Positions 1 through 13,399 of a stretch of DNA of 64,000 nt are shown in pieces (the first letter of the stretch is position 1; the number at the start of each line of letters is the position of its first letter). A model generated the notes under the pieces. That model did no database searches. It was given only the letters and a program-made list of their open reading frames with translations, and was not told the origin of the DNA. The translations under genes were made by a program, and so were the position numbers. Origin of the DNA: Chiloscyllium plagiosum (Eukaryota). The stretch spans positions 81,262,714-81,326,713 of the forward strand of contig NC_057711.1 of assembly GCF_004010195.1 (NCBI RefSeq), read 5' to 3'.

Positions 1-521
1 TCCTCCGGGCTGTAGACTGCCCAGGCAGAAGATGAGGCATTGTTCCTCCAATTTGTGGTGTGGTTCGCTGTGGCAATGGAGGAGGCCAAGGATGGTCATG
101 TCCGAAAAGGGAGTGGGAGGGAGAATTAAAATGGACGGTGACTGGGAGGTCTGGTTGTCCCCTGTGGGCCTAGCTGAGATGCTTGGCAAATCATTCCCTA
201 AGTTTATGTTTGGTCTCCCCGATGTAGAGAAGACCACATTGGGAGCACCTGATGCAGTAAACCAGGTTGGAGGAGAGGCAGGTGAATCTCTGTCTCACCT
301 GGAAGGACTGTTTGGGGTCCTGGATGGGGGTGGGTGGGTGGTGTCCCGGCAGGTTTTGCATCTTTTCCAGTTGCAGGTGAAAGTACCTGAGGGTTAAGGA
401 GATTCGTGGGGAGAATGGCACTAACCAAAGACTGTTAAGGGAAATGCAGAGATGGGTGGGGAGGGGAAGATGTTCTTAGTGGTGGGCTCTAGTTGGAGTT
501 GACAGAAGTGTTTAAGGATAA
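1..521 (-). mobile_element. Degenerate Penelope-like element (GIY-YIG endonuclease region), interrupted by a younger PLE
   Basis: ORF 191-421(-) reads QRFTCLSSNLVYCIRCSQCGLLYIGETKHKLRE, the PLE GIY-YIG motif. The sequence appears to resume at ~1614 after the AAGGATAA duplication. Confidence 0.8.
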
Positions 522-1613
522 GGTTCAAGGTTTGTGCGAAGATTTGTAGCTCGGGTGCTCGTTGTTGTGGTTCTGTTCGCCGAGCTGGAAGTTTTTGTTG
601 CAAACGTTTCGTCCCCTGTCTAGGCGACATCATCAGTGCTTGGGAGCCTCCTGCGAAGGGCTTCTTTGATGTTTCCTCCGGTGTTTATAGTGGTCTGTCC
701 CTGCCACTTCCGGTTGTCAGTTTCAGCTGTCCGCTGTAGTGGTTGGTATATTGGGTCCAGGTCGATGTGTTTATTGATGGAGTTTGTGGATGAATGCCAT
801 GCCTCTAGGAATTCCCTGGCTGTTCTCTGTCTGGCTTGCCCTATGATAGCAGTGTTGTCCCAGTCGAATTCATGTTGCTTGTTGTCTGCATGTGTGGCTA
901 CCAAGGATAGCTGGTCGTGTCGTTTCGTGGCTAGTTGATGTTCATGTATGCGGATTGTTAGCTGTCTTCCTGTTTGTCCTATATAGTGTTTAGTGCAGTC
1001 CTTGCATGGGATTTTGTACACTACATTGGTTTTGNNNNNNNNNNNNNNNNNNNNNNNNNNNNNNNNNNNNNNNNNNNNNNNNNNNNNNNNNNNNNNNNNN
1101 NNNNNNNNNNNNNNNNNNNNNNNNNNNNNNNNNNNNNNNNNNNNNNNNNNNNNNNNNNNNNNNNNNNNNNNNNNNNNNNNNNNNNNNNNNNNNNNNNNNN
1201 NNNNNNNNNNNNNNNNNNNNNNNNNNNNNNNNNNNNNNNNNNNNNNNNNNNNNNNNNNNNNNNNNNNNNNNNNNNNNNNNNNNNNNNNNNNNNNNNNNNN
1301 NNNNNNNNNNNNNNNNNNNNNNNNNNCTTATCATAGGGCAAGCCAGACAGAGAACAGCCAGGGAATTCCTAGAGGCATGGCATTCATCCACAAACTCCAT
1401 CAACAAACACATCGACCTGGACCCAATATACCAACCACTCCAGCGGACAGCTGAAACTGACAACCGGAAGTGGCAGGGACAGACCACTATAAACACCGGA
1501 GGAAACATCAAAGAAGCGCTTCGCAGGAGGCTCCCAAGCACAGATGATGTCGCCTAGCCAGGGGACAAAACGTTTGCAACAAAAGCTTCCAGCTCGGCGA
1601 ACAGAACCACAAC
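522..1613. mobile_element. Young Penelope-like element in inverted arrangement spanning an assembly gap
   Basis: 620-1021(-) encodes YKIPCKDCTKHYIGQTGR..RIHEH..REFLEAWHS (GIY-YIG). 1328-1613(+) is the near-identical reverse complement. AAGGATAA flanks it at 514-521 and 1614-1621. Confidence 0.9.
596..640 (-). ncRNA. Minimal type I hammerhead ribozyme motif in PLE terminal repeat
   Basis: Minus strand reads GCA CTGATGA TGTC-GCCTAGACAGG-GGAC GAAAC GTT TGC: CUGANGA and GAAA core, stem II, short stem I. Confidence 0.65.
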
Positions 1614-1824
1614 AAGGATAATGTGTTGGATGAGGAGACTGATGCCATCCCCACAAGCACCCCTGCTCTTCACAACAGGTAAATAAAATAAAAGAGAAAA
1701 CAAAAAAAAGAGAAAACAAGAAAATAAATTGAAAAGAAAAGCAGACAGAGCAGATGAGCCCCAGGCTTAGAAGCCCTTATCCACCACCATCTTACCTGAT
1801 GAATAATTAAATAATTAATAGAAT

Positions 1825-1925
1825 AAAAACAAAAACTGCTGGAAGTACTCAGCAGGGCTGGCAGTATCTGTGGAGTGAAACAGAGTTAATTCTTCAGGTT
1901 GAGATGCCCTGTCCTCAGAACTCTG
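1825..1925 (-). mobile_element. Old PLE terminal-repeat fragment
   Basis: AAAACAAAAACTGCTGGAAGTACTCAGCAGGGCTGGCAGTATCTGTGGAG matches the family also seen at 12745, 31745, 36380 and 36960. Confidence 0.6.
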
Positions 1926-4249
1926 GGCTGAACCATTTGGTTTCTTGGCTAATCTCAAGGTGTATCCAGTATTTTAGATGGACTTTTGCCGTGACGCATG
2001 GCCAGTTTCCTCAGTGTATTTTAGCAAACTTGCTGAATAAAGTACCTCAATAGTGCCAATTCCAGGTCCATCTTACCACACACTAATCCGAGAACAATTC
2101 ACTACACAGCAGATATCCTTGTGACCATGCCATCTTTGAAAGACCTCTGTCTCCCCAGACAAGCACTGGTATTCTGAAGCTGTCCTGTTCAGCCAAGGTT
2201 GGATCTGGAACATGTCAGCAAAAAAGGAAAATTGTATCATGATTCTTTGGCACAGACCTGGAACCCCTAATTGAGGAATAGTGCTAAGAGGACCAACAGT
2301 GGACACTATACCACCAGACCCTCAAGGCCTGGCCTGAGGTTGCTGTCTAGGTCAGTGCTATCTGCAGTCCAGAGGGGTGGCTGACACAGTACAGCAAGAC
2401 GGTCAGTTACCTTCTCTCCATCACCAAGATAAGTGCCACACTCTTTTCTCCAAGACCTTACACTCACTCCATCTCTGCCACCGCACCCTACTGCCACCAA
2501 GGCTCCTATTCTGGCACTCTCGCTATTGCTTGTAACATCTTTTCTCACTGACAGTCACACTCTCGCCCCCAACCTCTCACAGTACTAACCCTGCATCTTC
2601 TTTGCATAGCTTACTCACTACCATAGAACACCTCTGCCACCTAAACCAGCAGTAAAAATCGCTTACTGAGTATACCTGGGCAGGTATATATGGCTGTCAA
2701 TATGGGTGGAAGGGTGTCAGATATTAGCTTACTCAACTCTTATGAGGAGTGAACCTGGCCCATACAGGAGAAAATTAGGATTGTTTCTGTGGAGAAACAT
2801 CCATGTCCCATTAACCAAATTAGTATCACTCTTCACTCCACTACAGCTCTCACAGTAATGCAACTGAGATGCAGTCTGTTCCAATCTATAAGTTGGGGTC
2901 TCTCTGTGTGTTCAAAGTGTCCTTGCAACAGGTATTCTATGCTAGTTGCTGGTGCACCCAGCAATGCAAATCTATGCTTTCAGCGTACCCTGCCACTGCA
3001 TCAGAGAGGTATCATGGTAGACAAAACAAGTTGGCAAGTGCTGAATGCCAACATTTATGGCTAAAGGTTGTATGTGCTAGTGGCTGTGGCTTGTGCTCTG
3101 TGATACACTTTGGTCAAAATTACCATGGAGATCCTTCAGAGCGAGTTTCTTGATTTTTCATGCTCATGACTGAGGAGTTGATCGAATCTGTTGGATCAGT
3201 TGGAGAAGGGTGGGTGGTGGTGTGAAGACGTGCTTTACCTGTGAATGGAGAAACTCTGGAGATGATGTTAGCTGCTGAAAGTATCTTTGCATTTCCTCTC
3301 TCATACCTTCCTTGCCAAGATAGTTATCAGTATGAAGACAGTCACACATGTAACTACAGTAAATTGTGTCTGCCTATTTCAACATCCTTAATCATCTTGA
3401 CATCTGTTACTCTGGTCACTGTTTATGACATTATCAAGTTTTACATGATCCATAAACTTCAAAATTGTACTGCCTCAACAATTCAGTCAATTATAAACAA
3501 CAAGCAATGGGCCCAAAATCAAACCCTCGGGTACCTCCATTCAAAAACTGATACTTGGTCAGGTGAAAGCTGTCAGGAAAAGTATTTCAAAAGTCTAGAA
3601 CAGCAAGAAAACAACAAAATGTTTCCTGTGCTTTAGTAATTGAAGAGGCAGTTTCAGTTCAGATTTAAATCTCAAACATTTGTGGGAAACAAATGCTGAA
3701 TATTTTAAAATATGTTCTCCAAATGGAACTTCCCAAATAAAGCAGTCGGAATTACAATGGCAACATTCTTTGAATTTGCAACATGAAGCACACATCAGGG
3801 GTTCAAGGCACTCAATCAATTTGTTTTAAGGTTACAAGTTTGACAATTTTAAGAAGGACATAATGTTGTACAATTTTAATGTAAAAACAAAAACTGCCTC
3901 ATTACATAGCTCACAAAACACATTGAATTGAGATTCTGATTCAAACAAGGCAAAACAGTTAGTTAAAAGGATTTTCTGAACCAGTATTTTAACAAACCAA
4001 AATTTTTAAACATCACTCTCAGCATGGCACAATCTACATTGAAACTTTCCTTTTCCTACCCAAGTACTAGTACAACCTTAATTTCAGCGTTTCTCAGGTT
4101 TTTTTTTTACATTTATGAAAAGAGAAAGCCCTCACAGTGGACCATGTGGTGCCGCAATCCAACCACTCTCTTCCCCCAGAACAATGACTGCAGAGCCTCA
4201 AATTTCATCACTAGGGAACTTTAACCCCTTTACTCCTTTACTCCTCATG

Positions 4250-4970
4250 GGGGCTCAAACCCCACCTAAACACAAAGAACTCAAATCTCACTTAAACACA
4301 GAAAGTTCAAGCCTCACTTAAACACAGAGAGTTTGAACCTCGCTTAAACACGGAGAGCTCAAAGCTCAGCACAGTGCAGAGGACTTGAACCTCAAATCAA
4401 CCAACCCAGTAGACTCTAACCATTCCTGAAGAAGGGCCTGTGCCCGAAACGTCGAATCTCCTGTTCCCTGGATGCTGCCTGACCTGCTGTGCTGTTCCAG
4501 CAATAAAGTTTCGACTCTAACCCCAGTACCACGCAGAGAACCTGAACCTCCAACCACACTCCTGCCAGGGACTCGAACCCCAGTACCACGGAGAGGACTC
4601 GAACCGCAATCACAAACCCCCCCAAGAGGTCTCAAACCCCAGTACCTTACAGAGGACTTGAACCTCAATCACACCCACAACCCGCCCCCCCCCTCCCTAC
4701 TCCCCAAGGGGACTCAAACTCCAGTAATACACAGAGGACTCAACCCTCAATCACATATCCCCCTAAGGGACTCAAACCCTAACACCACGCAGAGGACATG
4801 AACCTCAATCATACATCCCCCCAAGGGACTCAAACCCCAAAACCACGCAGAGGATTCGAACCTCAATCAAACCCACCCCAGGGGACTTAAACCCCAGTAC
4901 TGTGCAGAGCACCCAAACCTCAATCAAATCCCCCTCCCCCAATGTAGCGCAGACGACTCGAACCTCTGCC
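4250..4970. repeat. Degenerate minisatellite (~28-bp subunits, ~58-bp dimer)
   Basis: Recurring GAGGACTYGAACCTCAATCAC..CCCC..GGGACTCAAACCCCAGTACCACGCA units. Confidence 0.85.
4422..4512 (+). mobile_element. Short PLE-derived insert with intact minimal hammerhead ribozyme
   Basis: ATTC CTGAAGA AGGGC-CTGT-GCCC GAAAC GTC GAAT. Direct repeat GACTCTAACC at 4412-4421 and 4513-4522. Confidence 0.85.
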
Positions 4971-4982
4971 TGCCAGAGCTCT

Positions 4983-5681
4983 TGTGAAACCGTGTCCCTC
5001 AACTAAACTAATTACCGTTCTAGAAATTGGTCGAATAGAGAGCGACCGAGTGAGGGGATCATTTCCAACACACAGGAATATCTAGAGGGACCAAGGTTTA
5101 AAATCAGACCTTGTGAGCCCACCTGCGTTGAGACCGCTGACAGTGTCCAGTCATAACTATTTGTTTGGATCCTGCCGACTATGCCAATTTTGTCATCCCT
5201 TTCCACCCCTCAGTTGAAGCAAAACATTCAGAGACACAGTATAGTTTTATCTCCTTCATCTTTATTCCAGGTCCTGGAGGGAGAGAGAACAATTGTCCGT
5301 GTGCATAGAGACAATGAGTTTATGGTCTTCTCTGGAACAGCAGTTTCCCAATGAACTATATAGTCATTTTACAGGGAGGAGCATCCAGATAAGGGAACAT
5401 ACATATTAATTGGGTGACCATTACAATCAACAAGTATCAATAGCAGAGACCAAGTCCTTCACTGTTATCCAATGAATGTTCTTAACCTTGTTAACTGGAT
5501 TCATACAATTCCCCTTTATTAGCTGACTTTGCATACTGAATGCTTCCAATACTGTGAAATGACCCCACATAATGAATGCTTTTCCACCTTGTTAACCCAT
5601 TACCCTTACCCCCACACCCCATTGTTAACTGTAAGTTCTTATCTGATCTGAGTCATGCTCAGTTGAACCTCTTACTTCACA
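4983..5681 (-). mobile_element. Possible solo LTR
   Basis: TGTGAA...TTCACA termini, minus-strand AATAAA near 5262 and a TATA-like motif near 5357. No TSD seen. Confidence 0.35.
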
Positions 5682-6044
5682 AAACTCAGAACTTAACTCT
5701 TTCTCTGTCTGCTTATACTGTTTACACATTCTCAGAAGGTATTTGAAAATTGCAACCTGTGTGTTTAGTGACATGATATTACTTTCTATTATATTATAAC
5801 TATTGCAGTCTTAGTTAAACACATTTTTTCAGCTGATTTTTAATGAATTTCTATTCAGAAGAATATTGCAACAATTGTATATTTACTTCTGCAATAGAGT
5901 AACAGAAGAAACTATCATTGATTCAGTGGAACTGAAAGTACCAGAGTCTTATTTTAGAAGATTTATGTGAACCCAAACTTCACTGATATTTAAATTAATT
6001 TATCCTTTCATGAAGCTGAAATGTAGGAAAAGAATCCATGTTAC

Positions 6045-6147
6045 CATGGTCGAAGGTTTTTCTGGTGTAGAGATTTGTGGAGAGCAACATTCTTGAGCCT
6101 ATGTGCCTTTTGGATTCCATTATAGAAGTCCAAAGTACATATTGTTC
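6045..6147 (-). other. Candidate exon (103 nt)
   Basis: CCTCTTTTTAG acceptor, ATG|GTAACA donor, two open frames. Confidence 0.3.
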
Positions 6148-6582
6148 CTAAAAAGAGGTTAAGAAGCAAAGAGAATTGATTGGAAGCAATGACACTTCAT
6201 CAAAACAAGACAAAGAGAAAGAAAAATGGTAAAAGGTAGATTTAAATTATTTCGGATAAACTTTATAGAACCAAGTGAAATCTGGTGCAAATGGAAAGTG
6301 TAATTCCCAGGGGAAAGAAGGTCTAATTTTCCTTTAATACCTTTGGACTTTTGTCAAGATGGTGCTGAAGCATGGTAACTCTTTGCAAGCTCTCTACGGC
6401 AGATCTTATTCTTACATATTTTCCAATCGTTCTGCTATTTTAAACCTCAATTCTAGCACTGTTACCATTACTAACAATGCTCTTTTAAATCTGTTTGCAG
6501 GTCTGAAGCATCTTCTCTGCAGCCGGATCATTGTATACCTCTCTCTGTTCAATTATAATTATGCACTTTCGATGATATGATC

Positions 6583-7391
6583 TTGAGTCACAGAGCCATC
6601 GAGATGTACAGCATAGAAACAGATCCTTCAGTCCATGCCAACCTGATATCCTGTATACATCTAGTCCCATTTGTCAGCATTTGGCCCATATCCCTCTAAA
6701 TCCTTCCTGTTCATATAGACATTCAGAAGCTTTTTAAATTTGTCATCATAGCACCCACCAACACTTCAGCTGGTAGGTCATTGCATATAGGCACCATGCT
6801 CTGTATGAAAACTTTGAACTTTTATATCTTTCCCTCTCACTTCAAACCTATACACTCTAGTTTTAGACTCCCCACTCCAGGGAAAAGACCTTACCTATTT
6901 ATCCTGTTCATGCTTCTCATGATTTTATAAACCTTTATAAGGTAACCCTTCAGCCTCCAATATTCCAGGGAAAATAGCCCCTGGCTATTCAGCCTTTCCC
7001 TGTAGCTCAAACCTTCCAACCCTGACAGCACCCTTGTAAATCTTTTTTGAATCCTTTCAAGTTTCACAACATCCTTCTTATAGGAAGGACACCAAAACTG
7101 CACACAAAACTCAAAAAGTTGCCAAACCAATGTCTTGTACAGCCGCAATATGACCTCCCAAATCCTATACTCAATGCACTGACCAATAAAGGAAAACATA
7201 CCAAACGCCTCCTTCACTCTCCTATCCACCTGCAACTCCACATTCAAGGAACTATGAACCTGCACTCCAAGGTCTCTTTGATCAGCAACACTCCTCAGGA
7301 CCTTACTAGTAAGTGTATAGGCCCAGCTCTGATTTGCCTTTCCAAAATGTAGCACCTCATATTTATCTAAATTAAACTCCTTCTGCTACTC
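6583..7391 (-). mobile_element. CR1/HER1 LINE 3' fragment
   Basis: ORF 6891-7355(-) reads LHFGKAN..DLGVQVH..LYKTLV..CVQFW..LERIQKRFTR; CR1 3' tail present. Confidence 0.92.
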
Positions 7392-7744
7392 TGCCTGTAC
7401 TGCTCACAAAACAAAATTTTTCACTGTTCCTATATGAGAATAATAAATCAAATCAAATCATATTGTCGTTAATTTCTTACTGATATAAACTGAAACTGTT
7501 AGAAACTATATTTGGTTAAAATGGAATCTGTGGTTTACTGTTAAAACATTGTTACGATCCTATCCAAAGCCTTCTGTTACAAATGCATGATCTAAAGTTA
7601 AATCAAACTGTACCATGGACCAAGGCAACTCACCAGAAGACAATGTTTAGAGAATGCACGGTTACATTTGGCTGAATAAACATTTAAAGAAACGATGCTG
7701 CTCATTCATGCTGTGGAAATGTGTTACATCTTGTTAATTGGTGT

Positions 7745-8150
7745 CAAATTCACTCTCAGGAGATTGTGGTTCATGTGCCAGTTCAATACTTGAGCATAAA
7801 ACAAAGTTTGATGTCCCAGTGCAGTACTGGGACAGTGCAACACAGTTGGAGATGTCATCTTTGAGATAAGACATTATGCCACATTTGCCACAAAAGATAG
7901 CAGTAAAAGACAGTATCGCACTACTTTGAAGAGTAGGGGAGTTATTCCTGGGGTCTTGGCCAATGCTTATCCTGTAATCAACATCAACATCACCTTGCCT
8001 GGTCATTATTAGATTACCGTGTGTGGGAATTTGCCGTGCAAATGTTTGCTCCTCTGCTTCCTCGATTATAACATCAATGACATTTTTAAAAAACTTATTT
8101 TGATATAACACCTTTAATGTAATAAATCCCAAGGCATTCCACAGAAGCAT
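7745..8150 (+). mobile_element. Deu-domain SINE (SacSINE1/AmnSINE-like), degenerate
   Basis: CCAGTGCAGTACTG..GGAGATGTCATCTTT..GGGGAGTTATTCCTGGGGTCTTGGCCAAT core, homologous to the copy at 27795-28250. Confidence 0.7.
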
Positions 8151-8361
8151 TAGGAGTTATTCCTGGGGTCTTGGCCAATGCTTATCCTGTAATCAACATC
8201 AACATCACCTTGCCTGGTCATTATTAGATTACCGTGTGTGGGAATTTGCCGTGCAAATGTTGGCTCCTCTGCTTCCTCGATTATAACATCAATGACATTT
8301 TAAAAAAACTTATTTTGATATAACACCTTTAATGTAATAAAGGCATTCCACAGAAGCATTA
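7938..8361. repeat. Near-perfect tandem duplication of ~215 bp
   Basis: 7938-8152 is repeated at 8153-8361 with a few substitutions and a ~6-bp deletion. Confidence 0.95.
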
Positions 8362-9344
8362 TAAAACTAAATAAGGCATTGAGCACATTGGGAGATATCA
8401 GATTATATAACTAAAGGCAGGGCCATAGAGTAAGTCTTAAGGAGTGTCTTAAATGAGGAAAGTGACCCGGAGAGTTAGAGAAGCATAGGAAGGACGTTAA
8501 CTACAAAACAAACCCAAAAGGTGTATATATACCCTGAAGGATTGTGGGGCTGAAGAAGGTTACTGTGCAAAGGAGAGGATGAGGTCATGGAGGAATTTGA
8601 AAACAAGGATGAGAATTTTAAAATCAAGATGTTGCTTTAACAGGTCCATGACCATAAGGGTAATGGAGTAACTGGACTTGCTGCAAGTTAAGTAACAGAC
8701 AGCAGAGTTTTGTGCAATCTCTATTTTGCACATGTTAGAATGTGGTTGACCAGCCAGGAGTGCTCTGGAATAGACAAGACTGGAAACAAAGCTAGGAAAG
8801 AGGGTTTCAACAACATACAAGTTGAAGCAAGGGTTAGCATTACAGAGGTGAAAATGGACAATCTTAATAACGGTACAATTTTGAGAGTGGAAATTTACCT
8901 TACAGTCAAATGTAACCCCATGGTTGTGAACAGAATGGGTTACTCACAGACTATTGCAAGGAAGAGGGATCAAGTAAGTAATAAGGGAATGGAGTTGGAA
9001 ATTGGAACCAAAACAATGGCCTGTAGTCTCCTCAATTCTTAACTGAGAAAATTTCTACTTATCTGGTGCAGAATGCCAGATAATTATTATATAATGTTTC
9101 AAAAGTGTGTAGTTGACTTGAAGCATTTCTTGAACATCATGAAAGACTGTGTAAATACAAATCTTTTGTGTTTTTCTCCTTGTAAGATGGTGTCATTTTG
9201 TTTTGACAACTGAAATCAAAGCAGCTGAAGTGTGCATTTAAGAATTTGGAAATGGTTTGATCATTGATAATCTGTGAAGAATGCAGCTAAATTGTAGAGC
9301 AGCTTACATTAAAGAAAAAGGAGGGCAAATGTAACTTGTAATCA

Positions 9345-9532
9345 TGATTTGGAGATGCCAGTGTTGGACTGGGGTGTACAAAGTTATAAATCACACAACA
9401 CCAGGTTATAGTCCACAGGTTTATTTGGTTTATTTTTCCAACCACTTGATGAAGGAACAGTGCTCCAATGGCTAGTGCTTTAAACAAACCTGTTGGACTG
9501 TAACCTAATGTTGTGCGATTTTTAACTTTGTA
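9345..9532. mobile_element. PLE terminal repeat (second family), inverted arrangement, degenerate hammerhead
   Basis: CACAACACCAGGTTATAGTCCACAGGTTTATTTGG and its reverse complement flank TTGATGAAGGAACAGTGCTCC. Confidence 0.7.
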
Positions 9533-10792
9533 ACTTGTAATGAATACATTTCCATCTGATTCCCATTCGTCCCTATAATTATTCACGTTTGAAGGCTTAT
9601 ATGAATTCTTTCTATCACAACAACTACACGTTAATCTTATCAATCTATCTTGTCCAGATTCTTTCATGTATTTCTGGAGCAATTTAATTTGGAAGAGTTC
9701 GCTGAATTGCTGTTGGAATCAATCAGAGATTGGAAACTAGAAATTTGATGGAAGTAGAAATTCATTGGAAGATATCAGATAAGTAGTCATTAGATTGGAA
9801 TTCAGCTTGCTCTTGTAAAATAAAATAAACTAAAGTCAGTAAGAGCAGTTAACCGACTATCAACTATAAGTGGTTGTTTGAATAGATGATAATGCTGAAA
9901 CTCCCGACCTAACTGTGTTAATGGAAAGACTATTGGAGTACTTTCATCACACAAACTGCAGTAGTTCAAGAAGGTGGTTTCCACCACCTTCTCAAAAGCA
10001 ATTATGATTGTACATCCTGTGAATAGCAAAAAGGACCTGTTTAGCACCTCATTATCCAGTCTAGCCGCAGAATTGACTTTCCATAAATTAACAAAGGATC
10101 CTGTATATTTGAATGGTTTATTATAGCTAATCAAATGAATTTTTATCCAAGCCATTATTTTTCACTTACATATTCTACTATATGCTAATTATTCATAAAT
10201 TATGAAAAATAAGATTTACACTTATAGGACATGCAGTAAATCTTGCCATCAAAGTATATTTTGGAAGCACTTACATTTTTACTGCTTTTACTGGGTTGAA
10301 AGCCTGACAGAGTGCTGCAACAACAAGCCATTGCATTTAGGAAATAAACTCTGACAAAATACTTTTTATGTCATTGCGTGGAGAGGAGAGGAACAGACAG
10401 CACAAGTTAATTAAATCCTACACAGTAGCATTTTATTGGTTAATTCAATCTTAACCCGAAACAAGCTGGGAACAGCACATCACCCAAACTGCTCAGGAAA
10501 TATCCTTCGAAAAACATTTGAAAACATATATTGATAAACATTTTGCTTACTATGAATCCTACAGGTGATTTATCATCATATCATCAGGGTCAATGGGGAT
10601 TTTTAACAATTTTACACAATTATGCAGATTTTTCTGTTGCTAGTTATAGAGTCGTAACCATAGAGTTACCGAGTCATATAGCACGGAAACTGGCAAAAGA
10701 TAGAATTGAAAGGCTGATTTCCTCTTGGGAGCTATGATTTCTAAATTCTGTGGGTCTTAAAATTCCTGTGGAGAGGGTCAGACATACTTCCA

Positions 10793-11066
10793 CGGCACGG
10801 TGGCACAGTGGCACAGTGGTTAGCACTGCTGCCTCACAGCGCCAGAGACCCGTGGGTTTCCTCCAGGTGCTCTGGTTTCCTCCCACAGTCCAAATATGTG
10901 CAGGTTAGGTGAATTGGCCATGCTAAATTGCCCGTAGTGTTAGGTGAAGGGGTAAATGTAGTGGAATGGGTCTGGGTGGGTTGCTCTTCGGAGGGTCAGT
11001 GTGGACTTGTTGGGCCGAAGGGCCTGTTTCCACACTGTAAGTAATCTAACCTAATTTAATCTAATC
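10793..11066 (+). mobile_element. HE1-type tRNA-derived SINE (internally deleted)
   Basis: A-box GGTGGCACAGTGGTTAGC, CR1-derived tail GGCCGAAGGGCCTGTTTCCACACTGTA and (CTAAT)n end. Confidence 0.9.
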
Positions 11067-12181
11067 ATGAGTGGCATATCGAATAAAATATTGAACTTCC
11101 CTAATAATCTTCCTCTCAAGAGGCATCTGAACAACTGAATCTTGCCATTCCATAGAAGATACCAAACCTTTATCAGAGTTTGGGCATTATCTGGGTGACT
11201 AGCCAAGAAAATGAAGGCTTTTCCCTAAAAACTCCAGAATGCTTATGGTTTTGCTAAACTTTCTCAAATGTCCAGGCTTTCAACATGGCTGAGCCAGCTC
11301 TCCTTTAACAAGAAGCTCCTCCCCTTTGGCACACCCTTTATGTTCTGTCTCGGGAGTCAGTTGGGTGACAACAGAGGTTTAACAGAAGTTTTGAAAACTG
11401 CACTGGAAACTGCACTTGTTGATGGAGCAGGATTCAGTGTTGAGGGGAGGTGCCAGGCCTGTTCTGTTGGGCCATGGCACGAGCCAAACTTCTAACTGCA
11501 GATTTGAAGTTGGTCACACATTTTTCAGCTTCTTGTGGCTCTGGTTCTTCACACTTGAGATATATGTCAAGAGAGGATATGTAGCAGACCCTCAGAGATA
11601 AGTCATGATTTCAGTGACCACCTTTGTTATGGGTTAGTTCTGTGCAAAGAAGTTGGCAGCTTGAGCATGCTGAACTGTAGCCTTACTGTTTAGCACAGTG
11701 TAATAACAAACGTACTTTAACTGTTACCAACAAGTCTGGCCTGATCAATCTTATATTTAGACTTAATTGAGTCATACTACAACACAATCAAACATTATAT
11801 TCATTAGTTCACAACTGATGGTTGACTGAAAATGTCAATTTTATTGTTGAAAGAAGAACCCATCATGGCATTGCATGTAAATATTCATGAATAAGTCTTT
11901 TATATGCTTCCTCAATTGTACATCTGATGATAACTGAAGTAGTCTGTATCATCATGGCAGGATTCCACTCTCCCGGGAGCTTACCCTCTCAGTTGATCAA
12001 ACAGTTACAAAGGGCCATTGCTCAGATGATTTACATTCTTGAGTTAACTGCCACTCAGTGAGGCTTATATCTGTAGCAAATGCTACATGCAGCAGAAATA
12101 TTCCGAAGCTGATATTGGTTACAGTCCTGTCCTGGACAGGTTGTTTTGAGCTAATACTGTAGCATTAGGAGGGAAAAAATG

Positions 12182-12403
12182 GCTCCCCAGGACCCTACCA
12201 TCAACTGTATACATCCTGCCCTTGTTTGTTTTAGCAAAATGCAAAACCATACACTTGTCCAAATTAAACCCCATCTGCCACTCCTCAGCCCATTGGCCCA
12301 TTTGTTCAAGATCCCTTTGTAATCTTAAATAATCTTCTATACCACCAAAGTTCGTGTCATCCACAAGCTTACTAATGATGCCTCTTAAATTCTCATCCAA
12401 ATC
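12182..12403 (-). mobile_element. CR1 RT fragment
   Basis: ISKLVDDTNFGG..LQRDLEQMGQWAEEWQMGFNLDKC. Confidence 0.85.
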
Positions 12404-13399
12404 GAGTTGCCCACAAAGATCTAACAACTTTTTCGATTTTGATTTTACCTGACCATGTGCAAATTTCACCAAATCACTTTCTCTCTCACTCCAGCCATTA
12501 GTCAGTCAACACATCCATCCTTGTGAATTATTCTCTTCCTATGACAATTGGAAAGCAAAACTACTGATTATCCAATTAAATGATGTTTGACTGGCAGCCA
12601 AATAGCCTTTTTGTTCCCCCAAATTTCAATATTTTTACATCTGGTAAATATTTCAAGTAGTGGATGGAATAACAATGAAGTGTCTGGATAATGGAGAGTT
12701 TCTTGAGGGTTGCTGGAACTGGACTCATCCAGCCAACTGTAGAGTATTGAAACACAAAGTGCTGGTGAAATGCAGCAGGTTTGGCAGCGTATGGAGAGAG
12801 AGAGGCAGAGTGAGTGTTTTGAGTCCAGTGTTCAAAGATCAAGCTAGAATTTTTATTAATGTACAACTGATTATCTTTCACTGGGTTTGCACACAACAGT
12901 GACCCCAGTCTGCCACTTCTGGGACAAATGTCAGGAGCCAAGCAGGGTAGTTCCAGACAGACAGTGCTTTACCAGCTGCACTTTTAATCTTTTTAAAGAT
13001 GGTGCAGGCCCAAGGGATACTGGTGATTTCTGGATATCCATTGAGTGACGAGATGTTCCAGGAATGGCAGCTGGTAAGTTGGATGTGAGGGACACCATGT
13101 TGTAGGGTGGACAGTTAACGAGTTGCATTTGAAAAGGTATGTCTTCATGACTATCTAGTCCTCATGACGGATATCCTTTAAAAAACTTGATGCAACTTGG
13201 ATTTAGCCAAAACAATTTAAGATTGGGCCCATAGTTTATTAAATATTAATACCTACTTACAGTTTACATTATTATGAGAGACATTGTTACAGAAGCTTTG
13301 AGGACCTGATGCTAGGACTTCACTATATTCCAACCTATATGTCCACTTGTCATCATGATAGAGGGCGGTACTTATGATACTCCTCAGTATTAAATCTTT

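Noticed and set aside
4366..5002. Pro/Thr-rich ORFs or a CRISPR-like array
   Set aside because: These are translations of a degenerate minisatellite; there is no constant repeat with unique spacers and no cas genes.
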